Positions 1 to 9,231 of a DNA stretch of 64,000 nucleotides are shown in pieces. Source of the stretch: a virus. The notes below the pieces were generated by a model. It saw nothing but the letters and a program-made list of their open reading frames with translations, was not told where the DNA came from and did not search any database. The stretch is from IMG/VR virus record IMGVR_UViG_3300021085_002380; one strand, given 5' to 3'. The position numbers were made by a program, and so were the translations under genes. Positions within the stretch are counted from its first letter, which is position 1. Every line of letters starts with the position of its first letter.

Positions 1-102
1 CACTGTACTGAGTGCAATAATCCAAGGGTTGCTGGCTAATTGCGCCCCTGTTGCTCCAAATATAAGCAACAGAAGTCCGTTAATGTAACATGCTGGACAC
101 AT
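1..102 (-). CDS. Small membrane protein with N-terminal CPAC motif (runs off the window edge)
   Basis: Hand-translated MCPACYINGLLLLIFGATGAQLASNPWIIALSTV; ATG overlaps the pseudoazurin stop (TAATG). Confidence 0.6.
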   Translation of the reverse strand, partial: MCPACYINGLLLLIFGATGAQLASNPWIIALSTV

Positions 103-530
103 TATAGATCAGCCAGTAACTCTTTGAACTTCTTCTTTGACTTGCCTTTTACTTTGACATCTTTCAAACGATCTTTAGCTTCACCTTCTGGCTTACCTAC
201 AACCACAATGGCAATCATGCCCATTGTTTTGTGTGGCGAACACTGATATAGATATACGCCTGGTGTATCAAATGTAATCGCCACTTCTTTGTTAAGTTTT
301 GATTTCTTTGGTGCTTTCCATCCGTCTGGGCCCGCAATAAATTCTACATTGTGACCTTTTGATGTTGGTACCCATGTGATTGTATCACCTACGTCAATAC
401 GTGCGATATCTTCACTATATACCATCTTAGCGCCATCATCACGTTTGTTCAACATTTCAACAGTCATATCTTCAGCATATGCCGTTGTTGCAAAAAGCGC
501 CATAATACTAGCGGTAATTAAATTTTTCAT
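102..530 (-). CDS. paz: Pseudoazurin (type-1 blue copper protein)
   Basis: Signal peptide; GHNV and CSPHKTMGM supply the His/Cys/His/Met ligands; VEMLNK start typical of pseudoazurin. Confidence 0.9.
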   Translation of the reverse strand: MKNLITASIMALFATTAYAEDMTVEMLNKRDDGAKMVYSEDIARIDVGDTITWVPTSKGHNVEFIAGPDGWKAPKKSKLNKEVAITFDTPGVYLYQCSPHKTMGMIAIVVVGKPEGEAKDRLKDVKVKGKSKKKFKELLADL

Positions 531-544
531 ATTTTTTCCTATCT

Positions 545-634
545 TTATTTCTTTACATTCAGACTGGACGGATTATATTGTTCGCCGTTATAGGCAGGAT
601 AGGTGTCGTCCTCTACCCCAAAGTATGAAGTCAT
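545..634 (-). CDS. Small hypothetical protein (29 aa)
   Basis: ATGA overlap with the upstream ORF; fills the gap before pseudoazurin. Confidence 0.35.
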   Translation of the reverse strand: MTSYFGVEDDTYPAYNGEQYNPSSLNVKK

Positions 635-828
635 AGTGATCTCGTTCCATAATAAGAACGATAAACTTCTGCGAGTTCTTGTTGGTCAGTTGACTCTTGA
701 ACAACATAATCTTCTTTATCAACTTCTGATCCATCAGCAATTGCAATAGCATCTTCTAAACGTGATGCTATAGCAATAATTTCACCATCTTTTCTTCTGA
801 CAATATGCATTACTCTAAACCTATACAA
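631..828 (-). CDS. Hypothetical protein
   Basis: ORF in a coupled minus-strand run. Confidence 0.55.
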   Translation of the reverse strand: MYRFRVMHIVRRKDGEIIAIASRLEDAIAIADGSEVDKEDYVVQESTDQQELAEVYRSYYGTRSL

Positions 829-968
829 GGAATAAGAATAGATTGTTTACAGTTATCTGGATATGCAATAGCTGACCCAAGTATAGGTAAACCTACCATC
901 ATAATAATGATAATCAAGAATGCCCAGCCTAAGCCTTTGGTTGTGCAATATTGTGTTTGTTCACTCAT
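810..968 (-). CDS. Small membrane protein
   Basis: One hydrophobic helix flanked by Cys; likely start MSEQTQYC. Confidence 0.55.
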   Translation of the reverse strand: MSEQTQYCTTKGLGWAFLIIIIMMVGLPILGSAIAYPDNCKQSILIPCIGLE

Positions 969-1320
969 GCTCGCCACCATTTGCGCGGCCATCATATTTG
1001 CGACCAGACTTTAGCAAATTGTTTAGTGACTCAGGATTGTTTTCAGCTTGACGGAATGTCACAACTGTAATTGTAATACCACTAATAAGCAAGAGGTGAA
1101 ACGCAGCACTAATTCCAAATGCCAAATAACTTCCTACCATTAATGCAAAAATACCAGACCAAATAAAGAATAGACACTGAAAGATCATGTGTCCTACCAT
1201 AGGGTCTAAATTATGTAGTGGGGATTTTTCTACTGTCATTACGCTATCCCACATATCTTTAGGAATACTTGCAATTTCAGTCAATGTGGTTACCCATCCA
1301 ATGGGTTTTACCTTTTTCAT
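961..1320 (-). CDS. Membrane protein (2 TM)
   Basis: GGAG RBS; two hydrophobic segments. Confidence 0.7.
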   Translation of the reverse strand: MKKVKPIGWVTTLTEIASIPKDMWDSVMTVEKSPLHNLDPMVGHMIFQCLFFIWSGIFALMVGSYLAFGISAAFHLLLISGITITVVTFRQAENNPESLNNLLKSGRKYDGRANGGEHE

Positions 1321-1339
1321 ATTACTCTCCGTGTGTGTT

Positions 1340-1367
1340 AAAAGTCAAACCCAGTATAGGGTTTGAC
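1340..1367 (-). terminator. Stem-loop / intrinsic terminator-like element
   Basis: 9-bp stem GTCAAACCC/GGGTTTGAC followed by TTTT on the minus strand. Confidence 0.55.
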
Positions 1368-1380
1368 CGTTATTAGAATC

Positions 1381-1408
1381 AATATAACATAGTTTATTAA
1401 TTTGTCAA
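1381..1408 (-). promoter_or_regulatory. Sigma70-type promoter
   Basis: TTGACA-N16-TATATT. Confidence 0.55.
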
Positions 1409-1414
1409 TAGTAC

Positions 1415-1876
1415 TTACCCGTTGAGAAGTTCAGCCTTATGATTTCCGTCGTTGATAGCAATCTTTCGAGGTTTCTTTTCTTCAGGAATTACATTTTCTA
1501 ACGAAATAGTTAAAATGCCGTTTACAAAATCTGCGCCATTAACAACAATGGTATCAGCTATTGTAAAAGATCTGCGAAAAGAGCGAGCCGATAGTCCACG
1601 ATGCAAATATTGCTTTTCATCGTTATCGCCTTGGTTTCCTTCAACATATAATACGCCGTCTTTTAACGTAATGTCAATATCTTTATCTGTAAATCCAGCT
1701 AATGCTAGCTCGATGTTAAAGTTATCTTCATCTACTTTTACGATATTATATGGGGGATAATTTGATGTGTTACGTTGCGTTGTATTATTAACAGCATTCA
1801 TTCTGTCTAACATTCTGTCAAATCCAATAAACAATGGATCGTTTAGAGCCGCAGCATTAAATTTAGTTCTAGTCAT
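1415..1876 (-). CDS. hsp20: Small heat shock protein Hsp20/IbpA
   Basis: YPPYNIVK, IELALAGF, YLHRGLSARSFRRSF and NGILTI motifs. Confidence 0.95.
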   Translation of the reverse strand: MTRTKFNAAALNDPLFIGFDRMLDRMNAVNNTTQRNTSNYPPYNIVKVDEDNFNIELALAGFTDKDIDITLKDGVLYVEGNQGDNDEKQYLHRGLSARSFRRSFTIADTIVVNGADFVNGILTISLENVIPEEKKPRKIAINDGNHKAELLNG

Positions 1877-1883
1877 TTTTGTT

Positions 1884-1932
1884 CTCCTTAAATAAGCGAG
1901 TTGTTTTGTAATAGACCTCTTTTGAGCGCCTA
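1884..1932 (-). promoter_or_regulatory. ROSE-like RNA thermometer in the hsp20 5' UTR
   Basis: CUCGCUUA-UU-UAAGGAG pairs the SD with a bulged G (U(U/C)GCU motif); second hairpin at 1912-1932. Confidence 0.7.
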
Positions 1933-1994
1933 CTATCTATATATAATACTTTTTACTTCAATGTCAATAGTTATATAGTGATTTTTTTTATTTT

Positions 1995-2609
1995 TTATGA
2001 GATATAATCTTTTGCCAATTCATCTATATTTTTTATAACAAGATGCTTACTAGGATTTAATGCTCTATCCGTTGTCTTAAGCGTTTTTACATCTTCATAC
2101 CAAACTATTCTATCATTATTGCTTTTTGCCCAATAATAAAGTTTGGCATTGTGAGTGGTTATAAATTCTTTAGAGTATTCCCAAACTTTATCCGTTATAA
2201 CTATAGGATCTTTGTTTGTTGTATTTTGCCATTCTCCAGTTTGGTTTGCTAAAGCATAACTGACACACTGTTCAAACTCATTCCTACGTAAAAGTATTAC
2301 TCTTTCAAATCCTGAAATATTTGTTAAATCATCAAACGTGTATTTACCAAATTCGTCAAATTCAAGCAAACGATTAAATTGGTTTTTAATAACGCATGCT
2401 TCTTGTTTATGCAAGTAATCCATGGTGTATTCAAGGCTTGGCTTAAACTTATTTAAAATACCCCCATAATTAAATGGCTCAAATTCTAAAGAGTTTACAT
2501 TTATTTTATAAGGAGAAAGCACTTGCTGATACCAAGTACTTCCTGATCTTTGATTGGCAATAATGTGTATTTTTTTACTGGCAGGGAAGTTATGGAGATT
2601 TTTGTTCAA
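1995..2609 (-). CDS. Sulfotransferase-like protein (Stf0-like)
   Basis: N-terminal RSGST PAPS-binding loop; LRRN..EQCVS and WYED motifs. Confidence 0.65.
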   Translation of the reverse strand: MNKNLHNFPASKKIHIIANQRSGSTWYQQVLSPYKINVNSLEFEPFNYGGILNKFKPSLEYTMDYLHKQEACVIKNQFNRLLEFDEFGKYTFDDLTNISGFERVILLRRNEFEQCVSYALANQTGEWQNTTNKDPIVITDKVWEYSKEFITTHNAKLYYWAKSNNDRIVWYEDVKTLKTTDRALNPSKHLVIKNIDELAKDYIS

Positions 2610-2943
2610 TTTCGTTATTTTTCTTCGTTGTGGAATGTGTCCACGGCTCGAAGTCCCATCCTGCCATTACTAAACAAGCTGTTTGGTCTGGATATAAAGC
2701 TACTAAGCTCCATGCTCCAGTATCTTGATTAACATGAAATACTACCTCAGGGGTTTGCCTTTCACCGGTAGTATTAAATAAAGAACCGCGGCCTTTCCAA
2801 AGTCCATCTTGGCCTGTTGCTTGAAGAATGCTACCAGCTTCTTGAAATGATCCGCATGGTAAGCGTATACTGTTTGCTTGTTCTTGTGCAGTAGCAAAGC
2901 TTGCTACAAGTAGTCCTAGAGTAAGAGTAATGTATTTAATCAT
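2590..2943 (-). CDS. Exported hypothetical protein
   Basis: Likely start MIKYITLTL with signal peptide; two Cys. Confidence 0.65.
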   Translation of the reverse strand: MIKYITLTLGLLVASFATAQEQANSIRLPCGSFQEAGSILQATGQDGLWKGRGSLFNTTGERQTPEVVFHVNQDTGAWSLVALYPDQTACLVMAGWDFEPWTHSTTKKNNEIEQKSP

Positions 2944-2944
2944 T

Positions 2945-3454
2945 TTAGTCTCCTGTACTACCAAAACCTCCATCACGGTCTGTCTTAGAAACGATCGGCT
3001 CAGCAGTTTCATTGATTTCAATTTTTGTAGTCTTTTCGATGATACACTGTGCTAGCCGTTCACCGTTTTCAATCATAACAAGACTGTCTGTTAAATTAGT
3101 CATCATAATGAAAGTTTGTTCTACGTAGTCTGAATCTATAATACCAACATTATTCGCTAATGTCAATCCTTTTTTTAGCGCAACACCCGAACGCACGTAC
3201 ATTTTCATTACATGGTTTTCAGGAATGTCAAACACTAATCCTGTTGGTACTAGTACTCTTGTATCAGGCGGGAGTTGAAACGCATCTCTAACTTTGCCAA
3301 CACCTTTGACGGCAACGTGGGTTTGTTTGTTCCAATTGTTATAGGCTAAAAGTTTATCACCATTTTGAAAGCAACCTTTAATATCAAAACAAGCCGAGCC
3401 TTCTGTTGCGTATGCTGGCAACTCAGCTTTTTCATTCACTTTATATACATTCAT
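2945..3454 (-). CDS. dut: dUTPase (trimeric)
   Basis: SACFDI, RSG, GIIDSDY, RLAQ and RDGGFGSTG motifs. Confidence 0.95.
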   Translation of the reverse strand: MNVYKVNEKAELPAYATEGSACFDIKGCFQNGDKLLAYNNWNKQTHVAVKGVGKVRDAFQLPPDTRVLVPTGLVFDIPENHVMKMYVRSGVALKKGLTLANNVGIIDSDYVEQTFIMMTNLTDSLVMIENGERLAQCIIEKTTKIEINETAEPIVSKTDRDGGFGSTGD

Positions 3455-3457
3455 AAT

Positions 3458-3877
3458 TTATTTTTTTCCTATATTATACTTTGCCTCTAATATCCAATTA
3501 CCTTTCTCTTTATGAGATAGGATCTTGATTTGGTTTAATGGAGCAATTGGGTCTTGAGCGTTATCAGTATCAATAACGTTAACTAATCCCCATTCTTCAA
3601 GCAGGTTAACGATAGTGTTACGCCTTGCTTTATCTTCATCAGCAAACGTGTCTTTTTTACCATCTAAGATAAAAAGTTCTTTAAAGTGTAAAATTGAATA
3701 ACGACCTTGCTTATGTAATATATGGCAAGACTGATACAGCTTTTTCTCTTTGCGGGATGAAATACCAATGCGGGTGAGAGTTTCTTTAATTTTTAAAAAA
3801 CTATCTTGAGTTGGGAGGGAAACCTCAATACCAACACCCTTAAAAATGTTTTCTTCAGATTGCATAACCGACAGCAC
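3458..3877 (-). CDS. regA: Translational repressor RegA
   Basis: FLKIKETLTRIGI, LYQSCHILHKQGRY and HFKELF; follows gp62. Confidence 0.95.
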   Translation of the reverse strand: MLSVMQSEENIFKGVGIEVSLPTQDSFLKIKETLTRIGISSRKEKKLYQSCHILHKQGRYSILHFKELFILDGKKDTFADEDKARRNTIVNLLEEWGLVNVIDTDNAQDPIAPLNQIKILSHKEKGNWILEAKYNIGKK

Positions 3878-3927
3878 CTTTTTATTATTATTATCACTGA
3901 ACGCTCAGTTGCGTTTCTGAATATTTA

Positions 3928-4344
3928 TCATTTCTTTGATTTAGTACCAACGCCGCCTGTTTCTAGCTTCGTATGGATAGTCTTTAAATCTTCAGCTGAT
4001 AACGCCTTAAGGTAAAGCTTTGCTATGGTTCTATTGCATTGATACACTTCCTGAATGGCGTCTAAGTCTATGTTTTTATCAGCTTTTGGCCACTTTGAAA
4101 ACCGTTTGCGTTTACGTAATGCACCACGGTAATAATCAAATTGGGCACGATCAAATAAATGAGCGCGCTGATTTAATTCGTTTGCATGCAGGATAGTATC
4201 TTCAAAGTTTGCAAAGCCACGGTTTACCATATAAGGAACATACAGTCTTTCAGCTTGATCTGGGTTATCATGTTTACCGATAAGATCCTCTTTTGTAAAG
4301 GACACGGCATTCATAAAATCAAATGGTGTTATCTCTTTCGCCAA
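3928..4344 (-). CDS. gp62: Clamp loader small subunit gp62
   Basis: YVPYMVNRG, ANELN and RKRKRFSKW; synteny with gp44 and regA. Confidence 0.9.
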   Translation of the reverse strand: MAKEITPFDFMNAVSFTKEDLIGKHDNPDQAERLYVPYMVNRGFANFEDTILHANELNQRAHLFDRAQFDYYRGALRKRKRFSKWPKADKNIDLDAIQEVYQCNRTIAKLYLKALSAEDLKTIHTKLETGGVGTKSKK

Positions 4345-4525
4345 TTACTTCCTCCAATTCTTTCATCATATCATCAAAATCTTTAGCACAAACTCCACAC
4401 AATTTAAAATTCCATGGTCCTTCAAGCGTATCGAGGTTTACATCGTATATGTCTTTCTTATCAATATACTGTTTGCATTCAAAGCATTGATGCAATCCCA
4501 TTAGTTTTTTGATCCATTCACTCAT
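4319..4525 (-). CDS. Small Zn-ribbon protein
   Basis: CxxC...CxxC. Confidence 0.6.
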   Translation of the reverse strand: MSEWIKKLMGLHQCFECKQYIDKKDIYDVNLDTLEGPWNFKLCGVCAKDFDDMMKELEEVIGERDNTI

Positions 4526-5475
4526 TTGTATTCAGCTTCAATCATTACTTCGGTTAGGAATGCAACCATGTTAACTTCGAGATCTGCAACAAAGTTTGCT
4601 TTGTACATATAATCCGCAAGAGTTACAACAAATCCAGGTAACGATTTCATTAAAACTTTATCAGTTGCCATATCGTAAATACGACGGAACATTTCATTCA
4701 TATCTTGATCGCTATTCTTTGCAACCCATTTACGCATATTGGTAAAGTCTTTTGCTTTTAACAAACGAAACAATTCATCCATAGACTCTTGCTTTAGATT
4801 AACAAAGATACCTTCGTCAATCTTACCTGAAGCTGCATACGATTGTAGCTCAGTAAGTACTCTACGGAAATCAGGAAAATGTTTTTGAATAACTTTGGCA
4901 ACAACATTCTTATCGTAATCAACTGCTTCTGTGTTAAGAATTGTCTCTACACGTTTCATAAATTGCAACGCAAGTTTAGGGCGATCTGTTGTTTCAATAG
5001 TAAAATCAACTTCAGATAACCGAGACCGCAACGGTTGAATAATTCTATTCTTAAAATTACAAGTAAAGATAAAACCACAGTTGGAAGAATATTCTTCAAT
5101 AAAATTACGCAATGCTGGTTGAACATTTGCGGCATTAAGGTAATCAGCTTCGTCAAAGATTACATACTTACGACCACCTTGCAATGATACAGCCGACGCA
5201 TATGTTGATATGTCATAGCGAAGAGTATCAATATTAACGTTCAACGAGCCGTTCTTTACGATGTAATCGCAGCCTAGTTCTTCAAGCATTGCTTTTGCAA
5301 TAGTAGTCTTGCCAACACCTGGACCGCCAGTCAGCAATAAGTTTGGTACACTGTTATCCGTAACAAACTTTGTGAACATTGATTTAGTTTTTTCAGGGAG
5401 AATAGTATCCGCAATCAGTTGCGGCCGATAGCGCTCAACCCAGAGCACTTCATTTTGTTTAGCATCAATAGACAT
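4522..5475 (-). CDS. gp44: Clamp loader large subunit gp44
   Basis: LWVERYRP, Walker A GPGVGKTT, DEAD, PLRSR. Confidence 0.97.
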   Translation of the reverse strand: MSIDAKQNEVLWVERYRPQLIADTILPEKTKSMFTKFVTDNSVPNLLLTGGPGVGKTTIAKAMLEELGCDYIVKNGSLNVNIDTLRYDISTYASAVSLQGGRKYVIFDEADYLNAANVQPALRNFIEEYSSNCGFIFTCNFKNRIIQPLRSRLSEVDFTIETTDRPKLALQFMKRVETILNTEAVDYDKNVVAKVIQKHFPDFRRVLTELQSYAASGKIDEGIFVNLKQESMDELFRLLKAKDFTNMRKWVAKNSDQDMNEMFRRIYDMATDKVLMKSLPGFVVTLADYMYKANFVADLEVNMVAFLTEVMIEAEYK

Positions 5476-5542
5476 ATTGTCTCCATAATATAAAATAAAG
5501 TGCGGGTTTGTTTTACAACGATTGCCCGCGTTCGTTGAACCA

Positions 5543-5797
5543 TTAGCTTACAACTTTGTCTGCAAGCTCAGCGTCTTGCGGGACGTCGGCCATCGCCTCC
5601 ATAGGCATATTGCCTTCAGGCTGTCGCGTTTGTGCTTGCAAGAATGCTTCAATTTTATTCCGTAGCATTCCAACACCTTGAAGTTCGCGGCCTTCAAAAG
5701 CACCACGACGAGAGGCAATGTCAATAATTTGAACTACAGTTGCCATGTCTTGCAGGTTAATACCACCTGGGTTTTCTTGGGGTTGATTCTCATCCAT
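5543..5797 (-). CDS. Hypothetical protein
   Basis: ORF between gp45 and gp44 with IIDIASRRGAF motif. Confidence 0.7.
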   Translation of the reverse strand: MDENQPQENPGGINLQDMATVVQIIDIASRRGAFEGRELQGVGMLRNKIEAFLQAQTRQPEGNMPMEAMADVPQDAELADKVVS

Positions 5798-5799
5798 AA

Positions 5800-6465
5800 T
5801 TAGGATCCTTTCTTATAAGTCGACTTTGTATCAATAGCCACGAAATACGTGACGTCTTCACCTTTAAATTCAGAGATACCTTTACTTGACAGCGTAACTC
5901 TGTAATCTTGAGGTAAGAGTTTCAAATTATCAGTTTTGATAATAATCTTAAACTCATCGGCAGTATTGCCAATTTCTACACCGTAGTCATCCGCTGCCGC
6001 AGACGAACTGTCGATGGCCTTTAGGTAACACTTTCCATCCTGGCCAACAAATGCAACTTCATTAAACTGAAGTACACCCGCTGCTTTTTGGACGGATTGT
6101 AAATCATTCCAAGATACATCAACAACCACATCAGCCGAAGGCAATTCAATGGTTTTTTCAGGCGCCGCGTGTATCATGGAGACGTCGGCAAACGCGTAAC
6201 GGGTACGTTGTTTACCTTCTGTGATTACAAAGTATTTATCATGAAACTCCACGTCTGGTGCAGTGTGGAGTGACAAAATTGATAAAAATCTTGACAAATC
6301 GTAAATACATGCTTCAGACGGAAATTGATCTGGGATTGTTGCAGATGCAATCAATGTTTTTTCAGGCGTAATAGTACGAAGAGTGTTACCTTGCTTCATT
6401 AGGATTGATTTGTTGATAGTAGAGAAACTCTTAAGAATAGTAAGAGTGCGTTCAGAAAATTTCAT
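5800..6465 (-). CDS. gp45: Sliding clamp gp45
   Basis: TILKSFSTINKSI, IYDLSRFLS, LKLLPQDYRV; synteny. Confidence 0.95.
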   Translation of the reverse strand: MKFSERTLTILKSFSTINKSILMKQGNTLRTITPEKTLIASATIPDQFPSEACIYDLSRFLSILSLHTAPDVEFHDKYFVITEGKQRTRYAFADVSMIHAAPEKTIELPSADVVVDVSWNDLQSVQKAAGVLQFNEVAFVGQDGKCYLKAIDSSSAAADDYGVEIGNTADEFKIIIKTDNLKLLPQDYRVTLSSKGISEFKGEDVTYFVAIDTKSTYKKGS

Positions 6466-6487
6466 TATATAGCTCCTAGGTTAGTCA

Positions 6488-7381
6488 TCATTTGTTAATT
6501 TTACTACGTTTTTTGGATTTTGTCAATGGTTTTTTGTAATTCTTTGCATTACTTTTTTTGTTAGCCGTTGGCGACGCGCCAAGCGATCCAAGCGCTGACA
6601 TATTACCATTAAACATATACGATCCTACGTGAGTCATTCTCATCCATGGACACATCCAAACTCGCTTCTGTATTTCTCTTGCCTTTTGACAAAAGAAGTA
6701 ATCTTCAGACAAATAACGGCGAGTCTTTGGGTCAATGATACAATCAAAGAATGCTGTAATGTCGCGCTCACCATCGAAGTTTTCAGTTCTTGCGTGGTCT
6801 GGCTTATATGACAATTCAGGGTACGCAGCTCGATAATCTTCAAATACTTTACGAGGAATCAACATAAATCCTGTACCTGCTTCACCAACTTCAAGAGGTT
6901 GATCCATCTTAAAACTAGTTACTCCACCCACTGGATTGAATACAAAGTCACCAGTAAATTCGTTGAGCTCAAAAGGATTTTCATCACCTTTACCTGCCTT
7001 TGCTGCCATTTGAACTTTTTCCCACGCAATAGTCTTTTTAGGATAAGGTCCAGTCAAAATGTCATACTTATCAGGATCTGAATGATATATTGCCATAAGT
7101 GAAATAACATCTCTTGGATTGAAACCAATATCAGAATCAATAAACATTAAATGGGTTGAGTCTGAGCGTAGGAATTCATCGACAATATAATTGCGAGCTC
7201 GCTGTACTAAACTTTCGTTAAAGAGATAATAAAACTTAATTGGAATTTTATTAGCCGTGCAGAGCATAGCAAGATCGTTACAGGCTTTTGTAAATAGTCC
7301 TGCGCATTGCCCGCCGTACATTGGCGTACCAACGAAGATTTTATATTGCTGTAAGTCTTCAATAGTTACGTTTAAATTCAT
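6488..7381 (-). CDS. GT-A fold (GT2-like) glycosyltransferase
   Basis: GTPMYGG, NESLVQRARN, MFIDSDI (DxD), GTGFMLI and LSEDYFFC. Confidence 0.8.
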   Translation of the reverse strand: MNLNVTIEDLQQYKIFVGTPMYGGQCAGLFTKACNDLAMLCTANKIPIKFYYLFNESLVQRARNYIVDEFLRSDSTHLMFIDSDIGFNPRDVISLMAIYHSDPDKYDILTGPYPKKTIAWEKVQMAAKAGKGDENPFELNEFTGDFVFNPVGGVTSFKMDQPLEVGEAGTGFMLIPRKVFEDYRAAYPELSYKPDHARTENFDGERDITAFFDCIIDPKTRRYLSEDYFFCQKAREIQKRVWMCPWMRMTHVGSYMFNGNMSALGSLGASPTANKKSNAKNYKKPLTKSKKRSKINK

Positions 7382-8013
7382 GTTGTCACCTGTTCTAAAT
7401 CTTCCTCAGCCCTACGAATTGCTTGCATACGTAATACATCAGCTAAAATATCCCACGAGCTGTCGTGAGCTTTAAACATCTGTTCCCAACGTTGTTCGTC
7501 AGCAAATGGAATAAACCCATTCTTTTGCTTAAAATCAAACTTTGCATCAATATAAGTACGTGTATCGCGGACTGCCCAATACTTTAAGTACTCTTCCATA
7601 TGTAATAGTTTATCTTGTGATTGAAATAACCGACCAAGAATAATCGGATCAAACGTATTTGACCTAGACCACCATTTGCTAATCTTTGGTGAGTCAATTA
7701 AAAAGTCATGAAATTGCTTAGTGAAATCCGCCACAGTCAAATCAGTTGGAAGTGGTTTGATATTCCTACGAACTTCAGGTCCTAAGGATTCCCACCATGC
7801 AACTGTGCTTTTGTCAATTTCCCATCCGTAGTTTTTAACTTGATCTACCACGGATAGTTTAAATCGTTTTGTTTTTGAAATATCTGCAAGGGTATATGGA
7901 TCAGCTGAAACCATCTTGTCCCAACTGAATACCATTACAGAACAATCAATCACTGCGCATTTCTGAGCATCTTTACCGAATGTTTCAAAATCTATAATAA
8001 AGTCGTGTTTCAA
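7378..8013 (-). CDS. dexA: DexA-like 3'-5' exonuclease (DnaQ fold)
   Basis: IIDFET, FDPIIL, RDTRT and HDSSWD DEDDh motifs. Confidence 0.8.
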   Translation of the reverse strand: MKHDFIIDFETFGKDAQKCAVIDCSVMVFSWDKMVSADPYTLADISKTKRFKLSVVDQVKNYGWEIDKSTVAWWESLGPEVRRNIKPLPTDLTVADFTKQFHDFLIDSPKISKWWSRSNTFDPIILGRLFQSQDKLLHMEEYLKYWAVRDTRTYIDAKFDFKQKNGFIPFADEQRWEQMFKAHDSSWDILADVLRMQAIRRAEEDLEQVTT

Positions 8014-9221
8014 GCCATGAACTCCTCAAGTGTTGCTTGGTTGTTTTTACCGCCTGGATCAGACCACATGCGTTCATTGTGGTTGTCCTGACGATGGTAA
8101 TTAGTATCTGACATTGTTAACTCGCCACGAATAAACTTGCCGATTTCAGTATGAATATCTCTTGACGTTGGCACAGGAACGTTTTGAGCAATGTGGTTCA
8201 TTTTAGGTAATCCGCCAACAAGCTCAAAGTCATGAGGGAAACCCATAAGATATAAAGCTTCACGGATAGTTAAAGAACGATCGAACTTTGGATGAATTGT
8301 ATCTGCAAGGTTACGGCCGATAACTGCGTTCATACATTCTCCAAAGACGTGAGTTGAACTATCCCAAATACCTTTGCCCATCGCAAACTTTTTAACAGCA
8401 TGGTCTGATACTTTGATACCACGTTCGTTGCCAGTATCATGCATCCATTTATTACAGGCAGGTAATTTGCCACTTTTATTAATATAGTTGAATGCTGTAA
8501 TCTGTCCGCTTTCCATAATGACCTTACGAGGATCTTCGTTTGTTATTGACTTAATGTATTGATAATAAGGTTCTTCATCAAGCTTTTTGTTACACAATAT
8601 ATCCATTTGTTGAATATCATCTGTTAAGTCGTTAAGATATTCATGAAACTTTTTACGAGGTCGTTTATACCAATTCATAATAGGAGCAACTTCTGAGTTC
8701 CAACCAATAGCAAAACAACGATCTCTAGCTTGTGGGATACCATGATACTTTGTAGATGTTTTATATAGAGTTAAACTATACCCTGCTTTTGAGCAAATGT
8801 CAAACAAATTATCAGCTACTTCTTTACCCTTTTTAGTAAACAACGCCGGAGCATTTTCAACAACAATAGCTTTAGCTGAAAAGCGATTAATGCCTTCTTT
8901 AAAAACTTCGTACATCCATTCGTTCTTTTCGCATTTTGCGCCTTTGGCTGCTTCAGTCTTACCAGTGTTAAGCTGTGACAATGCTGCACAAGGTGGCGTA
9001 CCTGAAATAACACTGATATGTCGACTTGAACTTTCAGGAATCATTTTATATTGTACATCACGTCCTTTGACGTTTTGCTGATAGTTAACGTAATGACTAT
9101 CATTTCCTTCAAAGTCCGCGTATGAATATATAGCTTCAGGTGGTTTTCCAAAAGCTTTTTCTGCTCCTAGCATTTGTCCACCGATTAGTGGAATAATTGG
9201 GGCCCATGTAATTTCGCTCAT
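8010..9221 (-). CDS. DNA cytosine-C5 methyltransferase-like protein with atypical motifs I and X
   Basis: GTPPC (IV), VENAP (VI), PQARDR (VIII), LTIREA..LMGFP (IX); start MSEITW after a GAGG RBS. Confidence 0.85.
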   Translation of the reverse strand: MSEITWAPIIPLIGGQMLGAEKAFGKPPEAIYSYADFEGNDSHYVNYQQNVKGRDVQYKMIPESSSRHISVISGTPPCAALSQLNTGKTEAAKGAKCEKNEWMYEVFKEGINRFSAKAIVVENAPALFTKKGKEVADNLFDICSKAGYSLTLYKTSTKYHGIPQARDRCFAIGWNSEVAPIMNWYKRPRKKFHEYLNDLTDDIQQMDILCNKKLDEEPYYQYIKSITNEDPRKVIMESGQITAFNYINKSGKLPACNKWMHDTGNERGIKVSDHAVKKFAMGKGIWDSSTHVFGECMNAVIGRNLADTIHPKFDRSLTIREALYLMGFPHDFELVGGLPKMNHIAQNVPVPTSRDIHTEIGKFIRGELTMSDTNYHRQDNHNERMWSDPGGKNNQATLEEFMA

Positions 9222-9231
9222 TTTATATCCT

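Noticed and set aside
5501-5530. GCGGG/CCCGC hairpin before gp44
   Set aside because: Short stem, irregular interior and weak U-tract; cannot be called a terminator or regulator
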